Shown: one piece after another, positions 1 through 12,166 of the stretch
Layout: every line of letters begins with the position of its first letter
How positions within the stretch are numbered: the stretch's first letter is position 1
Assembly (NCBI GenBank): GCA_964016885.1
Contig: OZ024743.1
Location: forward strand, 42,222,001 to 42,286,000
Source of the DNA: Eledone cirrhosa
Lineage: Eukaryota
Reading direction: 5' to 3'
DNA length: 64,000 bases
Program-made: the position numbers and the translations under genes
Notes under the pieces: model-generated
The model's input: only the letters and a program-made list of their open reading frames with translations
Told to the model about the DNA's origin: nothing
Databases searched by the model: none

Positions 1-366
1 TAGAAAATGCTGACAAATTGTTCACAGTTGAAAAATGGTTTAATTAGGAATAAAAGAGTATTAGTGATTGTATGGGTTAGTATTCAGTTGTGGTTTTAAG
101 TTTTTAAGTTTTTACCGGTTGCGCATTTCTAAATGCTTTTCAAAAATAATTTTGAGATAGAGTGTCCGTGCTGTTTGCTCTGATCAGAGCAAACAGCACG
201 GACACTCTATCTCAAAATTATTTTTGAAAAGCATTTAGAAATGCGCAACCGGTAAAAACTTAAAAACTTAAAACCACAACTGAATACTAACCCATACAAT
301 CACTAATACTCTTTTATTCCTAATTAAATCATTTTTCAACTGTGAACAATTTGTCAGCATTTTCTA
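1..366. repeat. Near-perfect spacer-less palindrome (183-bp arms), probably a folded-back Penelope-like pseudo-LTR; may extend beyond the window start
   Basis: Centre GCTCTGA|TCAGAGC at 183/184; 1-183 is the reverse complement of 184-366 with one mismatch seen; each arm carries a hammerhead-like motif. Confidence 0.9.
221..258 (+). ncRNA. Degenerate minimal type I hammerhead motif (mirror copy on - strand at 109-146)
   Basis: ttt TTGAAAA gcatt-taga-aatgc GCAA ccgg TA aaa: U3-A8 core variant, palindromic ACCGGT stem III, GAAA changed to GCAA. Confidence 0.5.
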
Positions 367-434
367 TTCCGTTTACCAATATATAATAACTTGTGTGTTA
401 CACCTCTATTCTTTTAACTATATATATATATTAG

Positions 435-1089
435 AATTGGTGCTCTGAAATAGCTATATATATATGAATGTATATATAGTGTATTTTGCAATACACTGTA
501 TGCTTAATTAAAAGCATTTCGAAGCCTTATGCTATTGTTTGAGAGTAGTGACACACTCACTTACTTTCATTTTCAGCAAACAGGGGAGATAAAGCTGACA
601 GGGCCCTGTTTCGCATGTATTGATGCTTATCAAAGCCAACTACTCCTCCTGTTTACTGAAATCATGGATGTTTGGTTCTTATAGCATTCTAGTAAATAAT
701 CACGAACTAATTATACAGAGCGGTTGCCGGTCAAGCAGAAATTGAAAATTACAATTGGTGCTCTGAAATAGCTATATATATATGAATGTATATATAGTGT
801 ATTTTGCAATACACTGTATGCTTAATTAAATTCTGCTTGACCGGCAACAGCTCTGTATAATCAGTTCCTGATTATTTACTAGAATGCTATAAGAACCAAA
901 CATCCATGATTTCAGTAAACAGGAGGTGTAGTTGGCTTTGATAAGCATCAATAAATGCTAAATAGGGCCATGTCAGCTTTATCTCCCCTGTTTGTTGAAA
1001 ACTAAAGTAAGTGAGTCTGTCACTACTCTAAAACAATAGCATAAGGCTTCGAAATGCTTTTAATTAAGCATAAAGTGTATTGCAAAATA

Positions 1090-1100
<11 letters not shown>
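435..1100. mobile_element. Penelope-like pseudo-LTR fragments in inverted (about 472-742 vs 829-1100) and direct (about 435-512 vs 753-830) arrangement
   Basis: Reverse-complement arms with scattered mismatches; a hammerhead in each arm; ends in (TA)n. Confidence 0.7.
593..637 (-). ncRNA. Minimal type I hammerhead ribozyme (degenerate + strand copy at 934-978)
   Basis: - strand ggct TTGATAA gcat-caatac-atgc GAAA cagg-gc-cctg TC agct; compensatory U3-A8 core; palindromic stem III ACAGGGCCCTGT. Confidence 0.8.
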
Positions 1101-1140
<40 letters not shown>

Positions 1141-1147
<7 letters not shown>

Positions 1148-2276
1148 AAACGTAAAATCAGTGAAGCATCTGAACTCAATTTATTGTGTGTTACAATTGT
1201 TTCGCCGGCAGACAGCTCGAGACGCGATCATTGTGTGGTTCTGTCTGATTCTGGATCTGCAGGTTCGACGGACACTTCTAATAACTTCGCATCAAATTTT
1301 CTCACTCTCTTAAAATTTGATACATAATGGATATCCGAGCTTTTCTAGGTACATATATTTCGGTCCTATCATCTATTCCTAGCCCCGTCACTATTTTTTT
1401 GGTCGTGGCGTTAATGTTATCTAGGTTGTCCTGTCCTGTGGTCCTGTAATTTTTCCTAATCCCTTTCCCGATGCAGTCGTTGTATGTAAAACGGTCAAGC
1501 ATGTATACATTACCAGTTTTGTCCGATCGCAGAAGTAAATCCTGGCATTCTTCCATGCTTTTGATTGTGGAGCTTAAACTCCGGAGGTAATCCGTATGTC
1601 GTGTATTATTCCTTCGGAACTAGATGTTTCGGACGATATTGATGATACGATTTTCAAATTCTTCCAGCTGTGCGTTATGTGGTGGGTGTCGTCTAAATCC
1701 AAAGATCCGCTTTAGGCCGTCCTGTGGATTATCGGGTGCGTGTTGTTGTGTCCTTCTGTCGTGGTGAAATGCGCGCCATCTCATGCGTCTAACGAAAGAG
1801 TTGGTGTGGTGTATCAGTAAGCTCATGTACGTGTTGTGAGACGGGATCAGGATGTCCTTTAAAGAGGAAGAGTAATTGAATGTTTCCATGGCGAATCGCT
1901 GTGAGCGCTCTACTTGTGGAGGAGCGTAATATATATGTGTGTCTGATGGTAGCTAAGATGCTTCCATAGGTGGTATGCCGGTTGAGCACTCTATGTTCTA
2001 ACTGAGCAGAGTGTCATATAATATAAAACGAAAAATCACTGATGCATCTAAACTCAATTTATTGTATGTTACAATTGTTTCGCCGGCAGACAGCTCGATA
2101 TGCGATCATTGTGTGGATCTGTCTGATTCTGGATCGGCAGGTTCGACGGACACTTCTAATAACTTCGGATCAAATTTTCTCACTTTTTCGTTTTATATTA
2201 TATCACACTCTGCTCTGTTAGAACATAGAGTGCTCAATCGGCATACCGCCTACGGAAGCATCATAGCTACCATCAG

Positions 2277-2282
<6 letters not shown>
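1141..2282 (-). mobile_element. Penelope-like element 5' fragment with direct repeats (1141-1306 / 2019-2184) and inverted repeats (about 1936-2035 / 2184-2282)
   Basis: ORF pieces 1620-1889 (FNYSSSLKDILIPS..SFVRRMRWRAF) and 1302-1556 (LLRSDKTGNVY, DKT motif) resemble the N-terminus of Neptune-type PLE ORFs. Confidence 0.75.
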
Positions 2283-2510
<228 letters not shown>

Positions 2511-2729
2511 CGCATTTAAATTATGAAAATATATCGTGAATTTCAAATGTTGCCATACATTGGCGAAACATGTATGAGATTCCGACAACGGATAAGGAAT
2601 TCTGCACCACCATTTTTTTTTTCTGAATAAACTAATAGAATATTGTGGAAGAGGAATGTGCTACATCCTGTGGTCACCACATTCTATACATTCAGTATTC
2701 GACATCGGAAATAAAAGGAGTGAAAAAGT

Positions 2730-2812
2730 TGTGTGAGTGTGGTGTGTGTGTGTGTATGTGTATGTGTGTGTATGTGTGTGTGCCTATGTGTGTGTGTGTG
2801 TGTGGTGTGTGT

Positions 2813-2878
<66 letters not shown>

Positions 2879-2880
2879 GA
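2730..2880. repeat. (TG)n microsatellite
   Basis: Direct reading. Confidence 0.95.
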
Positions 2881-3849
2881 CTATATATATAGAGATACCT
2901 TTATGATATACATATATTTATAAATATATATACGTTATAGATGTCATCAAAACACAACAAAAGAAAAGATTTAGCAGATGATTCCAAGCTCCAAACGTTC
3001 ACCATTGGGGCGGAAAATCATACATACTTTTATCAGATCTTCTCTGTGATATCCAAAGGCTTAAAAACCAAAATGCTAATACACGAATATAAATTTATAA
3101 AGTTAATCTACTTTGGAAATGAGAAACCGTTCAAGTTACCATATTGTCTTCCGACGGGTGAAACCCTCATGGAATCAAACAATACCAGAGATACGGAGTA
3201 ATTGTTGACAACAACGTAAGCTGGAGTACTCACATCAACACAGAAGTTGACTTGACTGGCAGGATATGTTCCTGGATTCTCAGACTTTTCCGGTCTAGAG
3301 AAATCCACACTATAATCCTAGTTTACTCTACCTTGTCCTCACTTTCAATACTTTTGCTACTGTGGTCTCTACACACGAAATAAATTATTATGAAAATTGA
3401 AGTCCCTCAAATGACAACCACGAAAAAGGTAGACTGCATGACAGGCCTTGAATATTGTGGTTTATCTACTTTTTTCAAAGACCTCGAAAGCGCTATTTCA
3501 TTTCTTATGATGTGTTAAACATTCCATCATTGATGCCAAAATGATTTTGGCATCCCCCTTAGAAATCCATCTAAAACTTATCCGCCCACTAAAGAAATTC
3601 TCAGCTCTACACACCCTCTTGAATATGATACCAAAATATATCAAGACAGAAACAGATCACATAATATTCAAAGGTTCCCTACACAATGTTCACCTAAGAT
3701 ATCCGGATAAACACGAACTCTGAATTAAAGTGACCACGGCATCCCATCAATGACCAGGTTGTGAACTCATAAACTGAAAGATTTCGCCAGGTTGTACTAT
3801 CAAGTTAGACACATAGCCTGGGCCAACACTGACCAAAACCTATCAAATC

Positions 3850-4032
<183 letters not shown>

Positions 4033-4417
4033 TATTTGAAGCCGGCCATTCATCGCTCTTAGACAGGAAACTGACTGGCCTGTCTGCTGAAATGCAAATC
4101 TGGATGATCAGTGGGTCTGCTAATATGCAGATCTAACTGATCAGTCAATCTGCTAATATGCAAACCAGGCCGATCATTCACTGTATATTTTAGAAAATAT
4201 CATTTATTTTCACTAGTTCTTACAATTGGCAGGTGAACAGTGAACTGCAATGAAGAAGGTTGACACCCAGAAACATTAGTGTCTGCAGTTCTGTTTACAT
4301 GCAGTTCTGTTTACATGCCAACACGAGAGCAAGAATGGTGGCTAGGGGCTCATTATACTGACATGGCTTTAAAAATGAGGCTCTTTGCATAATTGCAAAC
4401 GAATCGAATATTATTAT

Positions 4418-4600
4418 TGGCAGTATCGGTAGAGGGTCGGACGCCATGCTTTCTAGCATAGTTACGTCCCTTTACAGTCTGAGTTCAAATCACGCCAAGG
4501 TTAACTTTGTCTTTCATCCTTACAGGGTCGATAAAATAAAGTACCAGTAATGTACTGGGTAATTGCTGGCCATGTGCCTAAAGTAGAAACAATTATTATT
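4418..4600 (+). mobile_element. tRNA-derived SINE copy 1 with (ATT)n tail
   Basis: A-box-like TGGCAGTATCGG, B-box-like GAGTTCAAATC, core GGTTAACTTTGTCTTTCATCC, ends GTAGAAACAATTATTATT; preceded by ATTATTATT. Confidence 0.8.
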
Positions 4601-4604
4601 AATA

Positions 4605-4790
4605 GGGCAGTGGATTGGCAGTATCGCTAGAGGGTCGGACACCAAGCCTAGAGTTACGGCCCTTGCCATTCTGAGTTCAAATCCCGCCGAGGTTAACTTT
4701 GCCTTTCATCCTTACGGGTTGGATGAAATAAAGTACCAGTAATACACTGGGATAATTTCTGGCCTTATGCCAAAAGTAGAAACAATTATT
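4605..4790 (+). mobile_element. tRNA-derived SINE copy 2, in tandem with copy 1
   Basis: Diverged direct repeat of 4418-4600; B-box GAGTTCAAATCC; ends GTAGAAACAATTATT. Confidence 0.8.
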
Positions 4791-5971
4791 AATATTCGAA
4801 ACACAGTTCACATTTATTATAAATATATATATACAAGTGAACGGGTGAAGGATTCAAGAACACCCGCTTTGTCCGTTCCCTTTTCGATTCTATTTGGATT
4901 ACATCGGCAACGTAACCTTATTATGTAAGAAGCTATCTGATGACGTCACGGCACTGGGTACACGGAATTGTGTGACCACTATCGGCATTGAAATATGTCT
5001 CACAGCATTATCATTAAAGGTCTTTAGCATCTGAAACTACTTCTCATTTTCTTATTCTAAATATACTCCGTCACTCCTATGTGAAAAAGTACGTTGAGTG
5101 CTTGAATTGAATTGCATCAATATTTAGCGTAATTATATATAAGAAAAGAGTAACGCTGAGTTCCGGCCGTTACGAAAGCTAGATCCGAACTAAGCCACCA
5201 GTATTAGAACAGCGGGCATCTAGCTGAACCTATCAAGGGGTACAGTCAATATATGGCCATGCAGTCAAAAGAAAAAAAGCATAAATGTCTAAGCAAACAA
5301 TCCTAAACATTTGTTGTTTTTCTTGTCTGTCACGGGGAAGTGATCAATGATCTGGCATGTTATGTACATAGTTAAATTCCTTCATAGCGGCGCGATTCTG
5401 AACAGGCCTGAAGAACATATATATAAAGAAAATGAATAACATGTTTTGAAAAACGCTCCTGCGACCCCACTTCTGGCTACCAACAATTCGAGACCCTCCA
5501 TCATCCACGAGCTCATCTCCTCATTTATCCTAACCCCCACAGCCACCAACCTTATTGTACGCACCCCTCGCACACCAACATCTACTTCCTCCCCAAAATA
5601 CACAAACAAAATAATCCCGGCCGTCCTATCGTTTCTGCGTGCAACTGCCCCACCGAGATAATTTATGAATATTTAGACAACATCCACGCCCCGTTGGTCG
5701 GCAATCTCCCCTCCCAAATCCACGATACAAATCATGCCCTTTGCCTGTTCAACTCCTCCTCCCTCCCTCCTGGTCCATCCCGCCATCTCTTTACCCTGGG
5801 CAATATATATATATATATATACAGTATTTTCCGTAGTGTTGTAATATGAATATTACACACAGTAGATGGACAGCTCACGTAGAGTTTGCTCGACGGTTCC
5901 AGTTGTAGTTTCAAAAGTAATCCGGAGAAAATAGAAGGATTTAAATGGATACAGTTCAGTTAAAAGGAATT

Positions 5972-6090
5972 TAGTGACACGTGTTTCAAAAACAGTTACA
6001 TAACCTGAAAACAGCTGCTATCTACAAAGTATTAGTTATGCAGAAATTCAATATTTCAATGTTATTATCAACTGCCATTTCATCAGAAAA
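5972..6090 (-). ncRNA. Possible degenerate hammerhead with long stem II
   Basis: - strand CTGATGA ... about 90 nt (cagtt/aactg pairing at base) ... GAAA cacgtg TC with palindromic ACACGTGT; stem I does not pair. Confidence 0.35.
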
Positions 6091-6930
6091 ATGTTACTGA
6101 GGACCTGTTTGGTTTTTATAGAGAATATTAGGAGGGAGGGGTGAAGTTGTTAGAAGAATAGTTAAGGGAGTGGTTTTTTGATAGCAGTGAGAATTTTTGG
6201 TGGCAGTGAGATTCCCATCTGTTGTTTTGACATTTTTATAGAATATATTATTTGGCGTTGGTTATTTTTCTAAATCTATAGAAGGATTAGAAATAGTATA
6301 GATATGCATGGTTGGTTTTGTGTTTGCACTTAATTAATATTCAGACTTAATTTTTTCTTTCAAGTGTACGTATCCTTTCGCCCACGCATTCACACACAAA
6401 CATATATGCACACCTCTACGAAATACATATACTCACATACACATACTTACATGCTCATACCTACATACATATATACATGCACATATATATATATACATAT
6501 ATATACATATATATATGTACATACATACGCATTCATGTGTATACATGTTCATACTCAACTTATCTTAATATACACACGTATAGACACACACATATATACA
6601 TACATACTCCTGTCTATGTATATATATATATATATATATAAACACTTTAAGACATGAATACACATACATCTAACTATACACATCAAACATATATATATAT
6701 TTACTTATTTATATACATTTTCACATATATATACATACATATGGTCGCTTTTAGACACATTCATTATAGCATATTCACACCTATTCTCATCAGCATATCT
6801 ATCCATTATTAGTGTGGTAATTTAAGGTTATTAATATACATATTAATATACATATATATGTTGAGAAGAGAGTGTTTTTATATTTTTCTAACTAGATTGA
6901 GGTTTATATAGTTGGGGGGATGTCCCTCTT

Positions 6931-7188
6931 TTATATAATATTCAGCTTGTAGTGGGAAAACAGGGTTTTAGTTGGGTGACGGCAGAATAATGTTCGTTCA
7001 GTTCTGTTATTAAGCAATTTCTTCTTGTGTGTGATTATGTAATAAATCTCATGATTACACAATTTGCAGAAATGTTGGCTCCGGGAAAAGCTTTGCGTTT
7101 TAGCTAATTTCTCCCATTTTAGGGTAAACTTTTGATCGCTATCCCTGAGCGTCCAAGCTTTTTCTGCTAAAGTTGTTACATTTCTTGG
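6931..7188 (-). pseudogene. C-terminal end of a Penelope-like GIY-YIG endonuclease region (not in the ORF track)
   Basis: Manual translation: TTLAEKAWTLRDSDQKFTLKWEKLAKTQSFSRSQHFCKLCNHEIYYIITHKKKLLNNRTERTLFCRH..*, fitting the TxL..W.L...W......CxLC..E...LN.R.E...CRH pattern of Neptune-type PLEs. Confidence 0.75.
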
Positions 7189-7312
7189 TCATTTGCAATA
7201 CAAACACTTATATACTTGTATTAGTGTTTATCATATATTCATTTGTACTTCACGGCTCAGAAATATTTCTTTGAGCTATTTAATTGTAAAAGACTGTTTG
7301 AGTTTATAACTC

Positions 7313-7548
<236 letters not shown>

Positions 7549-7639
7549 CGAAGGAAATGTGGTAACGAACCAGGTGGACCATAACGCACCAAAGTACTCA
7601 ATACTTAGGGTAGTAGAGTGGGTAATAGGGATAAGTAAG

Positions 7640-7729
7640 ACCCCGACGGCTGAGCTCAAGCCGTTTCGACGGCTAATTCTGGACTGAAAATTTATTCTGG
7701 TATTTAAATAGCCGAGCTTATCAAGGGGT
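7640..7729 (-). ncRNA. Type I hammerhead ribozyme (inverted copy of 9512-9605)
   Basis: Reverse complement of the + strand motif, with a 4-nt shorter loop II. Confidence 0.8.
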
Positions 7730-9511
7730 AATTCCATATATGGTCAAAGAGATAATCACCAGGATTGGTCACATCACAAGTTAGTAGTAAATCTGTGATG
7801 GCAAATTGGTAGGAGAAGCGGTAGCTGAACCTGCCGGTAGGAGAAAAAGGGAGAGGGGGTGGAGTAGACCCATTCATGCGTTGGTAGTGCCGGCTACAGC
7901 TGGGTGTGAGGTCAAAGAAGATACTGGGGAGGGGGAGGGGGAGGAAGTCGAAATGGTAAGTAGAACAATGATGGGTAAAACTATAAAAAGTACTGAGAGA
8001 GAAAAAAAAATAAGCAAAGTCTGGTTACTAAGACTTAAGTCTCTCGCTATTGCTAGGCTAAAGAAATACATAAATAAATAAATAAATAAGTGAATAAAAG
8101 AATGGATAAATAAATTTAAAAAAATATATATATAATGAAGAATAAATAATAAATAAAAATAAACTTGGTGGGATGGAAAAAAGGGACCCGTATACGAGGT
8201 ATAAGTGCGTGTATCGTACGGAACAAGAAAGATGAACTGGTTACTGCATGTAAACACCGATTACGTAGGACTTACCTCGCGCTCAAACCCCATAATGACC
8301 CAGGAGGGGGGGGGGGGGGGTTGACTAGGGCTATAACACCCCACTTGCCTATTTTGTAAGGGGTAACCCCTGCTTGCCAATGGAGACGTAAGATCTTCTT
8401 TTACTTTTTTTATCGCTTCCTCTATATTTCCTCCTTCCCCCATCCCTCCCTAGTCCTTCTACCCCAGTTCCCTTTCTTTGTCGTCGTCTTTTTCTCGCCC
8501 ACCCGAGGTAGGCCCTCGGTCCCTTTTAGCTTCAGCACCACCACCCCCCTCCCCTATTCTATGATAGATTTGGCTGACTCCGCTTTTTATAGCAGAGGGG
8601 TTAGACCTCGGATACTTGCCCCCTTCTCCGACCGCTGTCCCTTTTTTCCGTGCCTTCTATATTTCTTAGTGGCATCTTTGCTTTAATTTCTCGTTTATCC
8701 AGTATTTCTTTCCTCTTTTTCCCTTTTTTTTTTTTGTGTGTGTGTGTGGGGGGGGGGGGGGGGTATGTATTAATTTTCCGTACTTTACTTTTACTTCGTA
8801 CGATCTTTCATGTAGCTTGTATAAGACTTTTTGTTTCGTGGCGGTACCCTTAGAGTTAGCACGAGTATTTTTTTGCGGGACCCTAAATGATATTCTCGTA
8901 CTAGATTACTTTCTTACTCTGAGTGGTTGCTGGCCCTGTGATTGGGGTAGAAACCTTTATTATTTCGTGCTAATCTCTTTAGTATTTAGCCCCCCCCCCC
9001 CCTTTCTTGACCCGTCACCGTACAATACACGCACTTATACCTCGTATAAGGGTCCCTTTATTTCCGTCCCACCTAGTTTATTTTTATTTATTTTTTATTC
9101 TTCATTATATATATATTTTTTTAAATTTATTTATCCATTCTTTTATTCACTTATTTATTTATTGATTTATGTATTTCTTTAGCCTAGCAATAGCGAGAGA
9201 CTTAAGTCTTAGTAACCAGACTTTGCTTATTTTTTTTTTCTCTCTCAGTACTTTTTATAGTTTTACCCATCATTGTTCTACTTACCGTTTCGACTTCCTC
9301 CCCCTCCCCCTCCCCAGTATCTTCTTTGACCTCACACCCAGCTGTAGCCGGCACTACCAACGCATGAATGGGTCTACTCCACCCCCTCTCCCTTTTTCTC
9401 CTACCGGCAGGTTCAGCTACCCCTTCCCCTACCAATTTGCCATCACAGATTTACTACTAACTTGTGATGTGACCAATCCTGGTGATTATCTCTTTGACCA
9501 TATATGGAATT

Positions 9512-9605
9512 ACCCCTTGATAAGCTCGGCTATTTAAATACCAGAATAAATTTTCATTCAGTCCAGAATTAGCCGTCGAAACGGCTTGAGCTCAGCCGTC
9601 GGGGT
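9512..9605 (+). ncRNA. Type I hammerhead ribozyme with extended stem II and full stem III
   Basis: acccc TTGATAA gct-cggcta...tagccg-tc GAAA cggct-tgagctc-agccg TC ggggt; predicted cleavage after C9600. Confidence 0.85.
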
Positions 9606-10049
9606 CTTACTTGTTCCTATATATATAACTATATATGCAAGAGTTGAAGTAACGATAATTCCAATATATTCTTCTATTAAACCATCACTCTAATCATTCT
9701 GCCAAAACACCCCTTTAAAGGTATTTGAAGTGTTAGAGTGAGAAGGTACATAATATCTTTGAGATAAATTTTGAAACGTTCAGGTGAATGATGCCACATG
9801 TTTGAAGTGATTTCATTTGAATTTTTCATTTCATGTTGTTTGCTTTGGTTTAGCGCTACATAGTTCCCAACAAACAAAGCGATCCAGTTAAAGTAAACCA
9901 ATCTTAATTTTAGGCAGAGTGTCCCTGGTAATATTAGCTTATTTTTTAAAGCTGTTCATCATGTGTTAAGGCGTTAATATATCTACATCCTCTACAGGGC
10001 TCTCTTTAAGCAAATTGCCCTAGCGTTAACCATCTAGTATATTTATAAT

Positions 10050-10170
<121 letters not shown>

Positions 10171-12166
10171 TAATCTTTATTTTTTAAATGCCATTATGAG
10201 TTTGGAGCTGAATGTGACTGTTATATCTAGCAACTGCTCAACCTACGTATTTGTTGTACTATTATCTCTTAGAATGTAATATTAAGAAACAATTGGGTTA
10301 TCGTCTGGTTCACAGTAAGTATAGGTCATCTATAATATATTGCTACATTTACATATTGTGGAATATTCTGATGATGGTTCTATGATCTTTGGTTTGTTTT
10401 AGCATATCTCTGATTAACTACTAAAATATATTCATTTTTATGGATTATAAATATTAATTAGCGATACAGATAATTCTATTTTTTCATTCAGTATGAATAC
10501 ATTAGAATACTCGAGGGAGGAATCGACTGAGTTTTCAAATAATCCTCTCCATATTGTATTTCTAGTGTAGAAGCTTTACTGAGAGGTTTGGGTGCTATAA
10601 ATGCAAGGTTTCGATTCCTCGCCATAAGAAATGTCTTTGAGAAAAGCTATTTTATTTCAGGTTTATCTAATTGGAAAAAAGGATTTGTAGCTCTAATACA
10701 AATGAACAACATTATCATACATTGTGTGTCGTTAAATCTGCCTGAAAACTACATTATGGATATAGCTTTTTGTCAATTGTTGAGCAACGTGCACTTTAAT
10801 CTGGAGGGCAAACTGTTCCATTTCTGGAAAAACTGAAACGACGGAGATCCGGACATTAAAAGTAATGAAAGAATCTGCCTTTGGTCGTTTAAGATTGTGA
10901 AGTTACACAATTGCAGGGATGTAGCAATATAATTCTCGTTCTCGCTATCAATTTGGTGTTAGAAACACACATTAACAAATGTTCTTTCCCGAGATTAATA
11001 TAAGCACTTTAAGATAGAAAAAAAACAGCTTTATATTGCCGAACGAGGAGTCGTTGTAAGTAGTTTGGTAACACGATTGTTAACCAATCAAGCAATTATC
11101 GACATATTCTAATGGAATTGTTTTTAGATATTTTTTCATTCCTTTAATGCTAGGTTTAAAACCAGAAAAGTTATTGGTAATATGAGGAAAGCTGTGGAGT
11201 TAAAGTGTGTTTAATAATTATGATATGGACTGGAAGTGAATATAATTAGGAAAAAATTAGTTTGATGCCTTTGAGCATAGATTTAAATTTAACACCATTT
11301 AAATTGTAATGGAATTGTAATGCATTAACACTACTGATAACACTGTTCTAATTCAGAATATTTCTGCCGACGAATATTTATTCACACTCGAATTTTAAAT
11401 AATTTCCTTAAACATCACACGATCTATTCATATTTCCACCCTCTCTCTTCCTACCTCCACACACACAAACGCACACACACACGCACACACCCTACCTATC
11501 TATATCTATCTCCACCTTTCTCTCGCTTTCTCCCTTTCATTCTCTTTCGATTTATCATTCTCGATAAATCATTGAATGTGTAAATGAATTATACTTAACT
11601 TAATGTTCTTTCTATATATTTACCCGAGAAAATCTAAGCAGTTTTCATTTCATTCTTGAACGCTACACAATTATTTCCAAAGAGGTAACATTTATAACTG
11701 GTTCTATTAAATACATCAAAAGTTTCAATACTATTTGTACGATAGAGTTATCTAAATTATTCACAAACGTATTCATATATTTTCCCACTCAAATACACTA
11801 TTCAGAATAACACGTAAAGAAGAAAAAATGGCTATATTAATATATCTTCGATATTCATTTATTCCATGCTCATAAAGCACATGAATTTATGCTGTCAGTG
11901 AAACCGATTTATCAAATACAGAGACTGTGTAGTTAAACGCAATATTGTGAAATATTATCTCTCATAGTTTTATCACCATTACTTCGCAAATTGCATATAA
12001 TAGTGTTTGTGGTAGTCCACTTAGCATTGGCTCTATAAATAAATCTTGAAATTGTGCGGCTTGTTAAACCTACCGTCTCTCATCGATAATGTTTGCTACA
12101 TTTAGAGCTAATAACAATAATCATAACACTAACAACAACAACAACAACAATAATAATAATAAAAAT

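Larger units (their letters stand above)
7626..9620 (+). mobile_element. Penelope-like element 3' end with inverted pseudo-LTR: about 595-bp arms (7626-8221 / 9018-9620) around an 800-bp spacer
   Basis: Arms are near-exact reverse complements; spacer starts with NKKDELVTACKH (PLE ORF terminal N.R.EL...C.H motif); hammerhead at the outer end of each arm. Confidence 0.8.

Noticed and set aside
1190-1270. Hammerhead-like GAAACAATTGTA on the - strand (also about 2068-2150)
   Set aside because: No convincing CUGANGA core or stem I in either copy.
3802-3847. About 45-bp similarity to 56522-56565 as a possible terminal repeat enclosing the array
   Set aside because: Short, diverged and far from the array edges; more likely an unrelated dispersed repeat.
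4932-5003. CTGATGA...GAAAtatgTC hammerhead-like spacing (similarly weak cases at 6739-6798 and 63915-63970 on the - strand)
   Set aside because: Stems do not pair or the core is too degenerate.
5300-5930. Possible host exons on the - strand (pyrimidine tract + CAG near 5410; open stretch near 5850-5920)
   Set aside because: No recognisable protein motif or consistent exon chain; needs RNA-seq.
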